A stretch of 22,162 nt of DNA from a virus (taxonomy: Duplodnaviria > Heunggongvirae > Uroviricota > Caudoviricetes). A program made the translations under genes and the position numbers. The notes beneath the pieces were generated by a model. The model worked only from the letters and a program-made list of their open reading frames with translations, had not been told where the DNA came from and did not search any database. The number at the start of each line of letters is the position of its first letter. Positions within the stretch are counted from its first letter, which is position 1. Location of the stretch: IMG/VR virus record IMGVR_UViG_2711768033_000004, one strand, 5' to 3'. Positions 1 to 9,068 of this stretch are shown here, piece after piece.

Positions 1-284
1 TATTCGGTGAACGCACTATGGCGACGCTGGGGCGTCTTATGAGCCTGCTGTCACCCTTTGACGTGGTGATATGGATGACGGATGGCTGGCCGCTGTATGA
101 ATCCCGCCTGAAGGGAAAGCTGCACGTAATCAGCAAGCGATATACGCAGCGAATTGAGCGGCATAACCTGAATCTGAGGCAGCACCTGGCACGGCTGGGA
201 CGGAAGTCGCTGTCGTTCTCAAAATCGGTGGAGCTGCATGACAAAGTCATCGGGCATTATCTGAACATAAAACACTATCAATAA
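1..284 (+). CDS. insB: IS1 transposase InsB, C-terminal part (5' end outside window)
   Basis: The frame is open from the window edge. Translation [55 protein letters not shown]...IKHYQ is the InsB C-terminus; TAA stop at 282-284. Confidence 0.9.
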   Translation, partial: FGERTMATLGRLMSLLSPFDVVIWMTDGWPLYESRLKGKLHVISKRYTQRIERHNLNLRQHLARLGRKSLSFSKSVELHDKVIGHYLNIKHYQ

Positions 285-299
285 GTTGGAGTCATTACC
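1..299 (+). mobile_element. IS1 insertion sequence, right-hand 299 bp only (rest lies upstream of the window)
   Basis: The sequence matches the IS1 3' portion as I recall it, ending in the terminal inverted repeat ...AAGTTGGAGTCATTACC at 283-299. It contains the C-terminal InsB reading frame. Confidence 0.92.
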
Positions 300-323
300 A
301 TTGAAGCTGTTGAAAGCTTCTTA

Positions 324-1166
324 ATGACATATCGTAGTGATGTTCAGCCCGAAACTTTTGTGGACAACTCTCGAGAATTGGTTACTGAAACACTTGCCTA
401 CTCGCTTGCCACTGAAGAGCAAAAAATACTCCTGACAGATATCTTCGAGTCTGTGGCGCGAAGGATCGAACTTTTTGTTCCAGATACAGCGATCCAGAAG
501 CGTTTCGGGCGGACTTTGTTAGGTATTGATCAAGCGTTGGCAATCGAATCATGGGTCACTACAAATGCAAATGCACTCGAGGGAGCAACCTCTGCCGATC
601 ACCTGTTTGATATGCTATGGCCGCTTTTAGTACTCTTATCTAATGAAAAACGGTTGAGCGACATAGTTCCTAATGGGGCACTTAAGAAATTAGCATTGGG
701 GTGGCTGGCTGGAGATTCGTTTGCAGCTCTCGTTCAACGGCTTGACAAATTGGGTGCATCCTATCCCTATGGTGCGAACCAAAGAAAATTTGATCTTGAT
801 GTGGTTGTAGACCTGTGTGAACAAACATTTGGCTTTGAGTTTGCGCTGTTGCTCGCAGCGGTAAAGGAATCCTTTCTCGCGTTCTCTTCAGAACAGGCGG
901 GTGAGGTTTTTAGAGAATATGTTGATCTTCTTCAGAAGCGATTGAAATATGGACTTCCGAATCAGAGTTGCATTGCCTTTTTTGAAGCGGGATTTGCTGA
1001 ACGCGTAATTGCCCAGTGTCTTGCAGAAGGAACGACTCAAGGTGCTATTCAAGTTAGTTTTGACGCCCGACACATGATTCGACAAAACCCAGAGAGATTT
1101 GAAGTAATGCTACAAGGCTTCCCATCTTATTTTTTTGATGTATTTAAAACAATCACTGCACCTTGA
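324..1166 (+). CDS. hypothetical protein (280 aa), possibly the 3' remnant of a gene truncated by IS1
   Basis: 843-nt ORF. Its reading frame is open all the way back to the IS1 terminal repeat (no stop between 285 and 324) and there is no convincing Shine-Dalgarno before ATG 324. I recognise no motif. Confidence 0.5.
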   Translation: MTYRSDVQPETFVDNSRELVTETLAYSLATEEQKILLTDIFESVARRIELFVPDTAIQKRFGRTLLGIDQALAIESWVTTNANALEGATSADHLFDMLWPLLVLLSNEKRLSDIVPNGALKKLALGWLAGDSFAALVQRLDKLGASYPYGANQRKFDLDVVVDLCEQTFGFEFALLLAAVKESFLAFSSEQAGEVFREYVDLLQKRLKYGLPNQSCIAFFEAGFAERVIAQCLAEGTTQGAIQVSFDARHMIRQNPERFEVMLQGFPSYFFDVFKTITAP

Positions 1167-1566
1167 TAATATTATCTTCATTGAGACTACCAGAGCCAGG
1201 AGCACACAGATTCTTTTAACTTAGAGCAATGGCATATTAACCATTCCCAGCTATCCATTGATTAGGGCCTTCGTCTGTTGCAGAACACTGGAACTTCCTC
1301 TCCTCGCTCACAGCAGACCTTTGGCCCAGTGAGCTTGTCCGCTCTGTGCCAGAAACGGAAGTTGGGGTGATAGCCTTCAAAATAGCAAATTAAATCGAAG
1401 AGAGAAGAAGGTAATCAATAAATAATACAATAAGTTAGAAACGCTTGAGATTTCTTTTTACTCTTCCAGCACATATACATGCAGTCAGGAGTGGGCTACA
1501 GCGCTCATGCCTAACGGCCAGATAGCACAGGGAAGGCATACAGTGGCACCGTATGCCTATCTGTTA

Positions 1567-2946
1567 TCAGCTCCGACCATCGTAGAGTTTGGCGATTTCC
1601 GTTGCAGCTTTCTCTATACCCGGATAAACCGTGCTTTCGTTGATGCCGAAGCGGCTGAGCTGCTGCATCAGGCGTTCCTTGTTTCTAATCACCAGTTTTC
1701 TGACGTTCAGCGTACTTAGCCCCGTTTCTGGCAGGTCCACGTTTTCGCCAAATAAGAGGAACGCTCCAGCCTGAGACGAAATGCGGGCGTTGCTGAACCG
1801 CCCTTTAACTAGAACGATTTTACTCAGATGTGCCGGATCGATAATGTTTTTGAAATAGGACTTCTCATCACGGATCAGATGAAGCAACTGCCCGCACTCT
1901 TCGGTGGCATTAAATGCCTGAGTCGCCAAGCTGGTATTCAGGTTGCTTTTGATACGTGATGGAAGCCGGGAAAGATTGGCTATACAACTTACAGTATCGG
2001 AGTCGAAAAACTTAATTTCACTTTTGGGTGCCGTCAATATAATGACGTTGCCATCAATTTCATTTCCATCTTTATCTCGTTTGATTTTGGAACACGCGAA
2101 ATAGAGTGCGATGAGCGGGTTAGTTGAGACGTCAAGCAGGCGGGTGGGTAAGCCGTAATGTTGCATGCGTACAAGCTTATCCAGCATATAGCGGTCATCT
2201 CTGAACTCGGCAGGTTGAACCGTCAGCAACTCGGTAATCATATCCGACTCGTGATATCGGTAGCGATAGTTGCCCTGCGTATTCTTGCGGAACAGCGAAG
2301 GTTCTAACTGATAGCTGATGTCGGAGTGACCCCGGTAAAACACCTCTTCATTATTTTCCTGAGGATGATTCAGTATGATTTCCAGATATTCATTGATATC
2401 CGAAATTACCTCAAGGTCTTCATTATTGTCAGGTGCTTCGGTTTTAACCGCAGCGGAAGCTTCAGGGGCTTTTACACTGATACCTAATATTTCGAAAAAT
2501 TCTTTAACGTCTATATCTTTGACTGCCCAGAAATTTCTGTTCAGTCCGAAGCTGCCCAGTTCCAGCTTCTTCACGTATTCTTTTTCACTGGTTAAGAATT
2601 TTTTGCCGATAATATCGGTTAAGTCATAGTTAAAAGCGAGAACTTTTTCCCGGTTTATAGTTTTTGTTCTGATGTTACTTATTCTCCCAATGCGGATATG
2701 ACTGTAATAACCGCCTGTATTGCCTTCCTCATCAACTTCAAACTCCGGCTCTGTCATAAAGATGACCGGCAGTTCCTGAAGAAACTGATAGGTTTTGCTG
2801 GTCAGGGGGAGCAGTTTCTTTCTGAGTGAGTCAGGGGTGGATTCAAAAAGCCGGGAAACTGGAAAAGACTCTTCACCCTTACTGTCAGAGAAGAAACTGT
2901 AATAATCGGGATTACCGACCACGATAAGGTTCAACATGCATGTCAT
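1567..2946 (-). CDS. FRG-domain protein (459 aa) with an unassigned N-terminal domain of about 200 aa
   Basis: Long ORF. The C-terminal half carries the FRG-domain signature FYRGHSD...YQLEPSLFR...MQHYGLPTRLLDVSTNPLIALYFA. AGGA lies 8 nt before the second in-frame ATG (about 2937), which may be the real start. Confidence 0.7.
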   Translation of the reverse strand: MTCMLNLIVVGNPDYYSFFSDSKGEESFPVSRLFESTPDSLRKKLLPLTSKTYQFLQELPVIFMTEPEFEVDEEGNTGGYYSHIRIGRISNIRTKTINREKVLAFNYDLTDIIGKKFLTSEKEYVKKLELGSFGLNRNFWAVKDIDVKEFFEILGISVKAPEASAAVKTEAPDNNEDLEVISDINEYLEIILNHPQENNEEVFYRGHSDISYQLEPSLFRKNTQGNYRYRYHESDMITELLTVQPAEFRDDRYMLDKLVRMQHYGLPTRLLDVSTNPLIALYFACSKIKRDKDGNEIDGNVIILTAPKSEIKFFDSDTVSCIANLSRLPSRIKSNLNTSLATQAFNATEECGQLLHLIRDEKSYFKNIIDPAHLSKIVLVKGRFSNARISSQAGAFLLFGENVDLPETGLSTLNVRKLVIRNKERLMQQLSRFGINESTVYPGIEKAATEIAKLYDGRS

Positions 2947-3450
2947 CCTTGCATGAATTACGTTGTATTTGCATTATGCCAGAACTGGTGAATTATTAAA
3001 CATTTCGCGAGCTGTGCCCCGCTGTTACACAGAACGTTGTTAGCAATGTCCGCAGTTCGCTCAAAGCTACCTTCCAGTTTAACTGGGTATTGGTTGCATT
3101 TTTGTTAGAGATATCCAAGTAAAATGCGAATGGGTAGCCAAGTCAATGCAAATTCCCAAATGGACGACTAAACGCGTTTGAATGCCTGTGTATGTTGTTG
3201 TAGTAACATCCTTTCAACCTAACCGTGCAGGCCTGACAACGTCCGTAACAAGAAGTAGAAATATTGCTCAAAAGGCAAGATAGGCGGGAGCTAAAAGGTA
3301 ACACGTGCTGTTAGCATACCCTTGCATTGAGCCACAAACAATCTCACTGGACTTGCCACAATTTTGCCACACCTACAACGCGCAAAATTGCACATTAGTG
3401 TTAAACAAAGCAAAACACTGCAATAGTAACTTGATGATTTTACGAGAAAA

Positions 3451-3470
3451 GATGGTGCCGATAATAGGAG
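3451..3470. repeat. att-site direct repeat (gatggtgccgataataggag); 18 nt are the complement of the tRNA-Thr 3' end
   Basis: 20/20 identity with 16112-16131. It includes the complement of ...CTCCTATTATCGGCACCA, the acceptor 3' strand plus CCA. Confidence 0.6.
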
Positions 3471-3571
3471 CAAAACATGCACATAACAAACTGAAAAACA
3501 AGAAAATAATAATTTATTTAAAATGATATGCCCCCATACATGCCCCACAATTTAGTTCCATTTACAGCTCT

Positions 3572-3681
3572 GGAAGCATGGGAAGCATGGGAAGCATGGG
3601 AAGCATGGGAAGCATGGGAAGCATGGGAAGCATGGGAAGCATGGGAAGCATGGGAAGCATGGGAAGCATGGGAAGCATGGG
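3572..3681. repeat. perfect tandem repeat, 9-bp unit GGAAGCATG x 12 (plus 2 nt)
   Basis: Counted directly in the sequence: twelve identical consecutive units with no degenerate copies. No stop codon in any frame on either strand. Confidence 0.95.
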
Positions 3682-3951
3682 CGTAGGTGTGGCCAGTTTC
3701 TCAACATCAGGTGTGTAAGCACCACAAGCTGTTCTGGTTAAGCTATAAACAGCTAGCAACTACTCTCAACTGAACCTGAAAGCTCCTTCTCCTGCTTAAC
3801 AGGATCGGATCTTAAGCAAATTTATTAACTTAAGTTTAAGCAATTAAGCCGATTTCAGATCCAGCGAAATCGTATTACTGCCAACGCAAAAACACATCAA
3901 CAATAATAACGTAAGTATTTTGAAACTGACCACAGTTATATTTCTATCAGA

Positions 3952-5970
3952 TTAATAACTTTCTTTCAATTCTTTTTTCTCAATCATCTTTACAAGATCT
4001 AACTCATCCCACTTGACAAACCAATAAGTTTTGAGCATAGATTGCAGATCGCTCTCAATTTCCAAATGGCTTCTATTCACATTTTTCTCATATTTTTTGA
4101 GATATTTTCTGTACAAAAATCGTCTTGTCTCAATTGAAACAAATGGGCAAGACATAACATCCAAGAATAAATGTGCCTTTTCCGATGATTGTAATAAATC
4201 CATATCAGGATATAGCAAATCTTTAATTCTAACCTCAACAATATGTTTAAGTTCTTGATAAGGTTTTCTATTTCTAAAATAGAATAATAATGAGATTATT
4301 GTAAAGTAATCCAATTTCTTTTTATGTATAATACCATTAAAGAAAGAAGTGCTTACAAGATAATTACCCCCAAAAAAAGTAGCAGCTAATATCAAATTAA
4401 CTTTCTCTATGGAAATAAACCCATCAATAAAAAGACCATTGTCATTTTCACCAAAATTGATATTTTCAGCAGTATCTATTAATGTTGTCATAAAAATACT
4501 GCTATAATCACTTGAAAGCATTTTCAAATAATCATTAACGATAACCATTGTTTTTGATAATTTATATGAAGATGACACAGTTGGGTTAACACTGAAGAAA
4601 AACAACATTATATCAGTTACTAAAAATATAATATCTTTAATATTCTTACGTATTTCAACATCACCTTTAATCTTTTCCACCGGAAAGAAATCAATAATTA
4701 ATATTAATCTTTTTGATAATGAAGATATCAGATACGAGGAAATATCCGTGTAAGAAACCTTGTTATCAACACATATAGACTTGATATTATTTATCATATT
4801 CACTTTTAAATCATGCTTGCTTCTAATCTTATTTAGAAAAATGTCACCATCAATCCTTTTATATAATTTACCTTCAAGATTCCGCACTAGTTCGTTAACT
4901 TTAATGATCAATCCTGTCTTGCTAGTGCAGAATGGCCTAGAATATTTTTTAAGTTTATTGATATTTAACTGAAGATTAAAATCATTTAGCTTCACGTTAA
5001 TGGTTTTAGTGATAAGTTCAGCATTTGCTTCATTGTTGCAAAACACTATAAAATCATCCACATACCTTAATATCACATAGTCCTCGTGATTAACCCACCC
5101 GTATTCATCAAAAAGATTTGATTCAATACTACAATCGATACGCTGGAATATTAACTCAGCAAAGACCCGACTAAATTCTGAGCCTATAGGTATACCATTA
5201 GTTTCATTATTATTACTACGTTGCATCAACGTATCTAGTTCCTGACCAAATTGATTGCTATATTTCACATGTTTTCTGATGTAAGGTTTATTTTTTAAAG
5301 CCCATGAAATAGAATGAGTATATATACTATCAAAACAATGTGATACATCTAACATCCACATTATTGAGAATCTTTTCTCAAGATCAAAAAACATTTTACT
5401 TTGAAATAACTTATATATCCTATTAAATCCGCCATAAGAAAAATAAGATGATGAATACTTCCTCATTAATTCATCATTTGTTGTTTCAATATCCTCTCCT
5501 TTATATTTCTCTGAGGCATTATTTTCATATAAGAAGAATGAGTTTGCGACCTTTCGAGGATATCTTATAGAGTAATTACTTTTTGACGCATTTAATGTTA
5601 TAACAGTTGAGTAATTTTTATAAAACTCACAATAATTAAGTTGCGATCTGGGATGAATTAAAGAAAGATATCTTAAACTAAAAGCATCCTTGACAATGCA
5701 ATAGCCAAACGGAAAGCTTTGTTTCTTCTTTTCTTTTTCTCGTTCTTCTATTTTTATAGACAAATCAAAAGCAGGATTAATAATTTTCTTTACGAATGAA
5801 GAAAGGGGAGAGAAATACAAAATCTCCTTATAATGATTTTCAAACTCGGTCAGGTTCAAATACAATCCATCATTTGAAAAGATGATGGGACAGTCACCTG
5901 GTTGCGTATCACATAGTAAAGCCCTGAGGTAATCCTTCTTATCAAGTTTTACATTTTTCTTTATAGCCAT
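3952..5970 (-). CDS. reverse transcriptase with a long C-terminal extension (672 aa); second gene of the RT pair, UG/Abi-type, DRT3-like
   Basis: RT motif A WMLDVSHCFDSI, motif B GIPIGSEFSRVFAELIF, motif C LRYVDDFIVFC. About 350 aa of helical-looking sequence follow motif C. The start overlaps the upstream RT gene by 10 nt. Confidence 0.85.
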   Translation of the reverse strand: MAIKKNVKLDKKDYLRALLCDTQPGDCPIIFSNDGLYLNLTEFENHYKEILYFSPLSSFVKKIINPAFDLSIKIEEREKEKKKQSFPFGYCIVKDAFSLRYLSLIHPRSQLNYCEFYKNYSTVITLNASKSNYSIRYPRKVANSFFLYENNASEKYKGEDIETTNDELMRKYSSSYFSYGGFNRIYKLFQSKMFFDLEKRFSIMWMLDVSHCFDSIYTHSISWALKNKPYIRKHVKYSNQFGQELDTLMQRSNNNETNGIPIGSEFSRVFAELIFQRIDCSIESNLFDEYGWVNHEDYVILRYVDDFIVFCNNEANAELITKTINVKLNDFNLQLNINKLKKYSRPFCTSKTGLIIKVNELVRNLEGKLYKRIDGDIFLNKIRSKHDLKVNMINNIKSICVDNKVSYTDISSYLISSLSKRLILIIDFFPVEKIKGDVEIRKNIKDIIFLVTDIMLFFFSVNPTVSSSYKLSKTMVIVNDYLKMLSSDYSSIFMTTLIDTAENINFGENDNGLFIDGFISIEKVNLILAATFFGGNYLVSTSFFNGIIHKKKLDYFTIISLLFYFRNRKPYQELKHIVEVRIKDLLYPDMDLLQSSEKAHLFLDVMSCPFVSIETRRFLYRKYLKKYEKNVNRSHLEIESDLQSMLKTYWFVKWDELDLVKMIEKKELKESY

Positions 5971-7238
5971 ATTTTTGTGATCTCAGTGTAACGTTTGAAA
6001 TTGTACTTCCTATAAACTCTATCAACAAAACCTTTTCTAAAACTATTGCGCAATAACTCCTTTCTTTGGTTTACAGTGAAGGAATGTTTCGCAATACTAT
6101 GCAAACGTCCGTTGTTCGATTTAACACAATATAATAAAAAATCATCTAATTGCTTTAAGGATATAGAATTTACATCCAATCTTGCATTACTATAATAAAT
6201 TCCAGTACTAACCTTACCTTTCTCTAATGAACTTAATGATCTAATCTTCCTATTTAAATCTCTATTGCTTGTTAAAAAAGAAATTCTATCTAATAACAAT
6301 TTAAAATCACCAGTTCTATGGTAGGAGTAGAAAGCTCTTGCTATTCTAGTTTTAATTTTTTTTATGCGTCCACGAGATAAATCTACAGTTACTTTTCTAT
6401 ATACACTTAAAGTAGCACCTTTGTTACTTAGAGGAGAATCTATTACAGAAAAAGAGTAACCTAAAAAATCAAATTTATGGAGTAATTTATCTTTACCTGC
6501 CGTGCCTTTGCTTCTTTTGTCGATAAGTGGGGACACCTTCAACTTATTTGTATTTAAACTTAATCCCTTGGGTAACAAACTTTGTATTTGTTTCATTAAA
6601 GTCGATGGGCATTCATTTCCACTTGAAATGATCACCATATCATCTACAAAGCGAGAGTAATAAAACACTTCTGAATGCCGATGAATACTACTATCAAATG
6701 CTGCCAAATATAGCTCAGATAACATAGGACTAATCTCCAGTCCTCTTGGCAAACCTTTTGATGAATGGATTCTTTCACAAGCTTTAAGATACCATTCTAT
6801 CAAATTTTTAGTATGTCTGGATAAACGCCGTTCATCTTGCAAATATTGAAAGAGCTGAGGCAAATCGATAGATTCAAAAAAAGATTTTATATCTAAGCGA
6901 TACACTCGGAATTGTGCACCTTCTTTGAGATAAATTTTAAGCTCATCAATTATTTTATTTCTTTGTTTGGGTAGAAGTGACTCCAAACATTTTAAGTTTG
7001 CATTACAATGTCTAAGTATTAGTTTTTCTTTTAAACAAGATGCGTTGTAAACACAACGTCCTTTGATATTTATTTTCTTTACAGTTACTCCAGAACGAAA
7101 ATTTTCGCTGGCAATTAAAACAGCATCACTGATTAATGATTCTAATTTATCCACATTGTTTTTATTAAAATAAAAACTCTTCTCACTTTCACTCAAGTTA
7201 CGCTTAAGTGCTGATGAAGTAAATGGCTGCCGGTTCAT
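5961..7238 (-). CDS. reverse transcriptase (about 425 aa); first gene of the RT pair
   Basis: Motif A YRLDIKSFFESI, motif B GLPRGLEISPMLSELYL, motif C YSRFVDDMVIIS, LGYSF motif. The ORF track extends to 7322 with a non-ATG start, but ATG at 7238 is preceded by GAGGGGGG, so I prefer that start. Confidence 0.85.
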   Translation of the reverse strand: MNRQPFTSSALKRNLSESEKSFYFNKNNVDKLESLISDAVLIASENFRSGVTVKKINIKGRCVYNASCLKEKLILRHCNANLKCLESLLPKQRNKIIDELKIYLKEGAQFRVYRLDIKSFFESIDLPQLFQYLQDERRLSRHTKNLIEWYLKACERIHSSKGLPRGLEISPMLSELYLAAFDSSIHRHSEVFYYSRFVDDMVIISSGNECPSTLMKQIQSLLPKGLSLNTNKLKVSPLIDKRSKGTAGKDKLLHKFDFLGYSFSVIDSPLSNKGATLSVYRKVTVDLSRGRIKKIKTRIARAFYSYHRTGDFKLLLDRISFLTSNRDLNRKIRSLSSLEKGKVSTGIYYSNARLDVNSISLKQLDDFLLYCVKSNNGRLHSIAKHSFTVNQRKELLRNSFRKGFVDRVYRKYNFKRYTEITKIWL

Positions 7239-7637
7239 AACCCCCCTCACAGTACTATCCTTTATGCTTTTATAACTCTTTACATCGTTGCGCGCAATCG
7301 CATCCTCGCTACACTTGACCACTTAATGTAATAGTTTCAGTCACCTGCATGAAATTGTGTAGGCCACGCTGACAAGTTGGCGGCTCGCTGGTCCCCACCG
7401 CATAATATGGGCATCATCCCTAACAATACTGGCGGTTTTAGCGATATGGGAAGATCCAGACTCTTATTTGTTCACATTTAATTGATATCTCTGCAGGTGC
7501 GAAGAAAAGATGATCAACATCGAACCATACGATTTAGGATACCAAAAAGTAGCGAATCTCCCCCAGCAACACTTACATCTATTGAAACTGACTGAGTTTC
7601 GCGAATTGCGCCAGAATTGACCATTTAGCCCTACCAC

Positions 7638-7656
7638 GTGCGCAGCCCCGCCCGCC
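7638..7656. other. cos-like sequence (candidate P2/P4-type cohesive end site)
   Basis: The reverse complement GGCGGGCGGGGCTGCGCAC resembles the P2/P4 cohesive end GGCGAGGCGGGGAAAGCAC as I recall it, and it sits immediately downstream of the Delta-like gene where cos is expected. The match is approximate. Confidence 0.3.
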
Positions 7657-7856
7657 TACCCATTTCGCTTAACAGAATGGTTTTCATGCACCCCGTAAAT
7701 CGTCTCAGGAACCGCAACACAAGGGCTTTCGCGTCAAAATTGGTGCATGGAACTCATGCGTTTTCATGCGCCATAGACATGCACTCATACGTCCTCAAGC
7801 CAGCCAAGAAAAGGCGTAAAAATCCCGGCTCAGGACCGGGAGTATGTAGGGGAGAA

Positions 7857-8129
7857 TCAGACAGGGATTTGTTGGCGGCTGGAAAGCTTGGATGCAGAGC
7901 CATAGCGATTCAGTGTCTGCCCTTTTTTGTCTGTAGCCTCCTCTACTGTCTGCGTATTCTCTTCTTTCTGCGGGCGGGTGATAATGGTATGCACTGATTC
8001 AAGCGCCGTAAAAGTGCTTGAACATTCCAGATTCTGGCACTGGTAGTACGTTTTCTTTACAGAGGGGGCTTCGTACACACTGGCTCGACAATGTGCAATG
8101 GCTGAACAGAAAGGACATTTCAATGCCAT
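7857..8129 (-). CDS. Ogr/Delta-family zinc-finger late transcription activator (90 aa)
   Basis: CPFC...YYQCQNLECSSTF matches the Ogr/Delta Cys4 zinc-finger pattern. GGAGGG lies 8 nt upstream. The start overlaps the upstream gene's stop (TGATG). Confidence 0.8.
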   Translation of the reverse strand: MALKCPFCSAIAHCRASVYEAPSVKKTYYQCQNLECSSTFTALESVHTIITRPQKEENTQTVEEATDKKGQTLNRYGSASKLSSRQQIPV

Positions 8130-8890
8130 CAGATACCCTCCGCAGCTCGGTTACGTTTTTGTAGTTCCTCACGTTCCTGCCGGATCTTCATTTTATGAAG
8201 GGCTGCCGGAGAAGGAATTTTGCGGAAATCAGCAAGAGCTGCATAATCCGGGGCAACTCCCGCCAGTTTAAACACCGGGTCCTGTTCAGGCATCGCATCG
8301 TTAGCCAGAGCCGGTCTGGTGATATGTTTATGAATAAAGTCTTTCAGCACTGTGTCCGGGTCATTAACTGAATTCACCACACCCACAACAGCACTGGCTT
8401 CCCGGCCCATTGTTGATTTAAGCAGGCTCAGCGTCTGAATAAGCGCTTTTCCATGCGACTGCATGAAGTCTTCCCAGATTTGCTTTGCGCGAATTTCCAC
8501 AAGGGTGTTATGTGCGCTGATATACTGCCCGGCTAATTTCCCGGCTTCCTGCGGTAATAATGCATTTTCGCTTTCCTGAGCAGTCAGCAGCTCATCAAAA
8601 TCCTCAAGCGTTTCACGCCCCAGCGCAATTTCCGTACGCAGTTTTTTCATTTCCTTTGAGACTACGCCCTGACTTTCACGAAACAGCGTGCGCCACTCCT
8701 CATTCAGCGCGTTAGTCGTGGCTTCCATTTCAGCGCGGCGCTGGCGGATTGTCGCAATATTATCCGCTGCCGCTTTCTGCTGACGACGTGCTTCAAGCCA
8801 TGCGTTTCTGGCTGTGTTCATGGTTTCCAGTGCCCGCTGCGTTACAGCCGGAAAAGAGGAAAGATTGTTATTCACTGCGGTGTTGTTCAT
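8129..8890 (-). CDS. putative Sid-like capsid size-determination / scaffold protein (253 aa)
   Basis: Long ORF translationally coupled to the Delta-like gene, sitting in the position of P4 sid and of similar size. The product call is positional inference only. Confidence 0.4.
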   Translation of the reverse strand: MNNTAVNNNLSSFPAVTQRALETMNTARNAWLEARRQQKAAADNIATIRQRRAEMEATTNALNEEWRTLFRESQGVVSKEMKKLRTEIALGRETLEDFDELLTAQESENALLPQEAGKLAGQYISAHNTLVEIRAKQIWEDFMQSHGKALIQTLSLLKSTMGREASAVVGVVNSVNDPDTVLKDFIHKHITRPALANDAMPEQDPVFKLAGVAPDYAALADFRKIPSPAALHKMKIRQEREELQKRNRAAEGI

Positions 8891-9068
8891 GACTTCTCCT
8901 GTCGGGTTGATTCGTTACGTAAATTGTGTCGTGGCTGACACAAGCACACTATCGGTGCTCAGTGTATGGTGGCTGGCACAACGCGCGATTGCGGTTATTC
9001 AGACGTGGCTATGAAAGCCAGCCAGATAAAAATGCCCTCTGTTTCAGTCTGCTGTATGTCCCTTATGC

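Noticed and set aside
1540-1562. Hairpin GGCATAC...GTATGCC just past the FRG gene stop, as an intrinsic terminator
   Set aside because: A 7-bp stem with a 9-nt loop and no following U-tract is too weak to call.
1507-2629. Plus-strand ORFs 1507-1719 and 2375-2629
   Set aside because: They overlap the FRG-domain gene on the opposite strand.
3572-3681. Possible CRISPR array
   Set aside because: The 9-bp units are directly adjacent with no spacers, and the unit is far too short for a CRISPR repeat.
3562-3759. 65-aa ORF reading through the tandem repeat as (Met-Leu-Pro)n
   Set aside because: It is low-complexity and arises only because the repeat has no stop codons. There is no ribosome-binding site. 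It is treated as a repeat, not a gene, though the repeat itself is reported as a finding.
4031-4972. Antisense ORFs inside the RT genes (4031-4258, 4760-4972)
   Set aside because: They are embedded antisense in a well-supported coding region of AT-rich sequence.
7342-7502. 8-bp inverted repeat (CACCTGCA / TGCAGGTG) about 145 nt apart upstream of the RT genes, as possible retron-like a1/a2 repeats
   Set aside because: An 8-bp match at this spacing is expected by chance in a region of this size, and no msr/msd-like structure is evident.
7323-7856. psu (polarity suppression) gene expected downstream of the Delta-like gene
   Set aside because: No ORF of suitable size or orientation is present. 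The element appears to lack psu.
7638-7997. 119-aa plus-strand ORF
   Set aside because: It overlaps the Ogr/Delta-like gene on the opposite strand and the cos-like region, and has no start signals.
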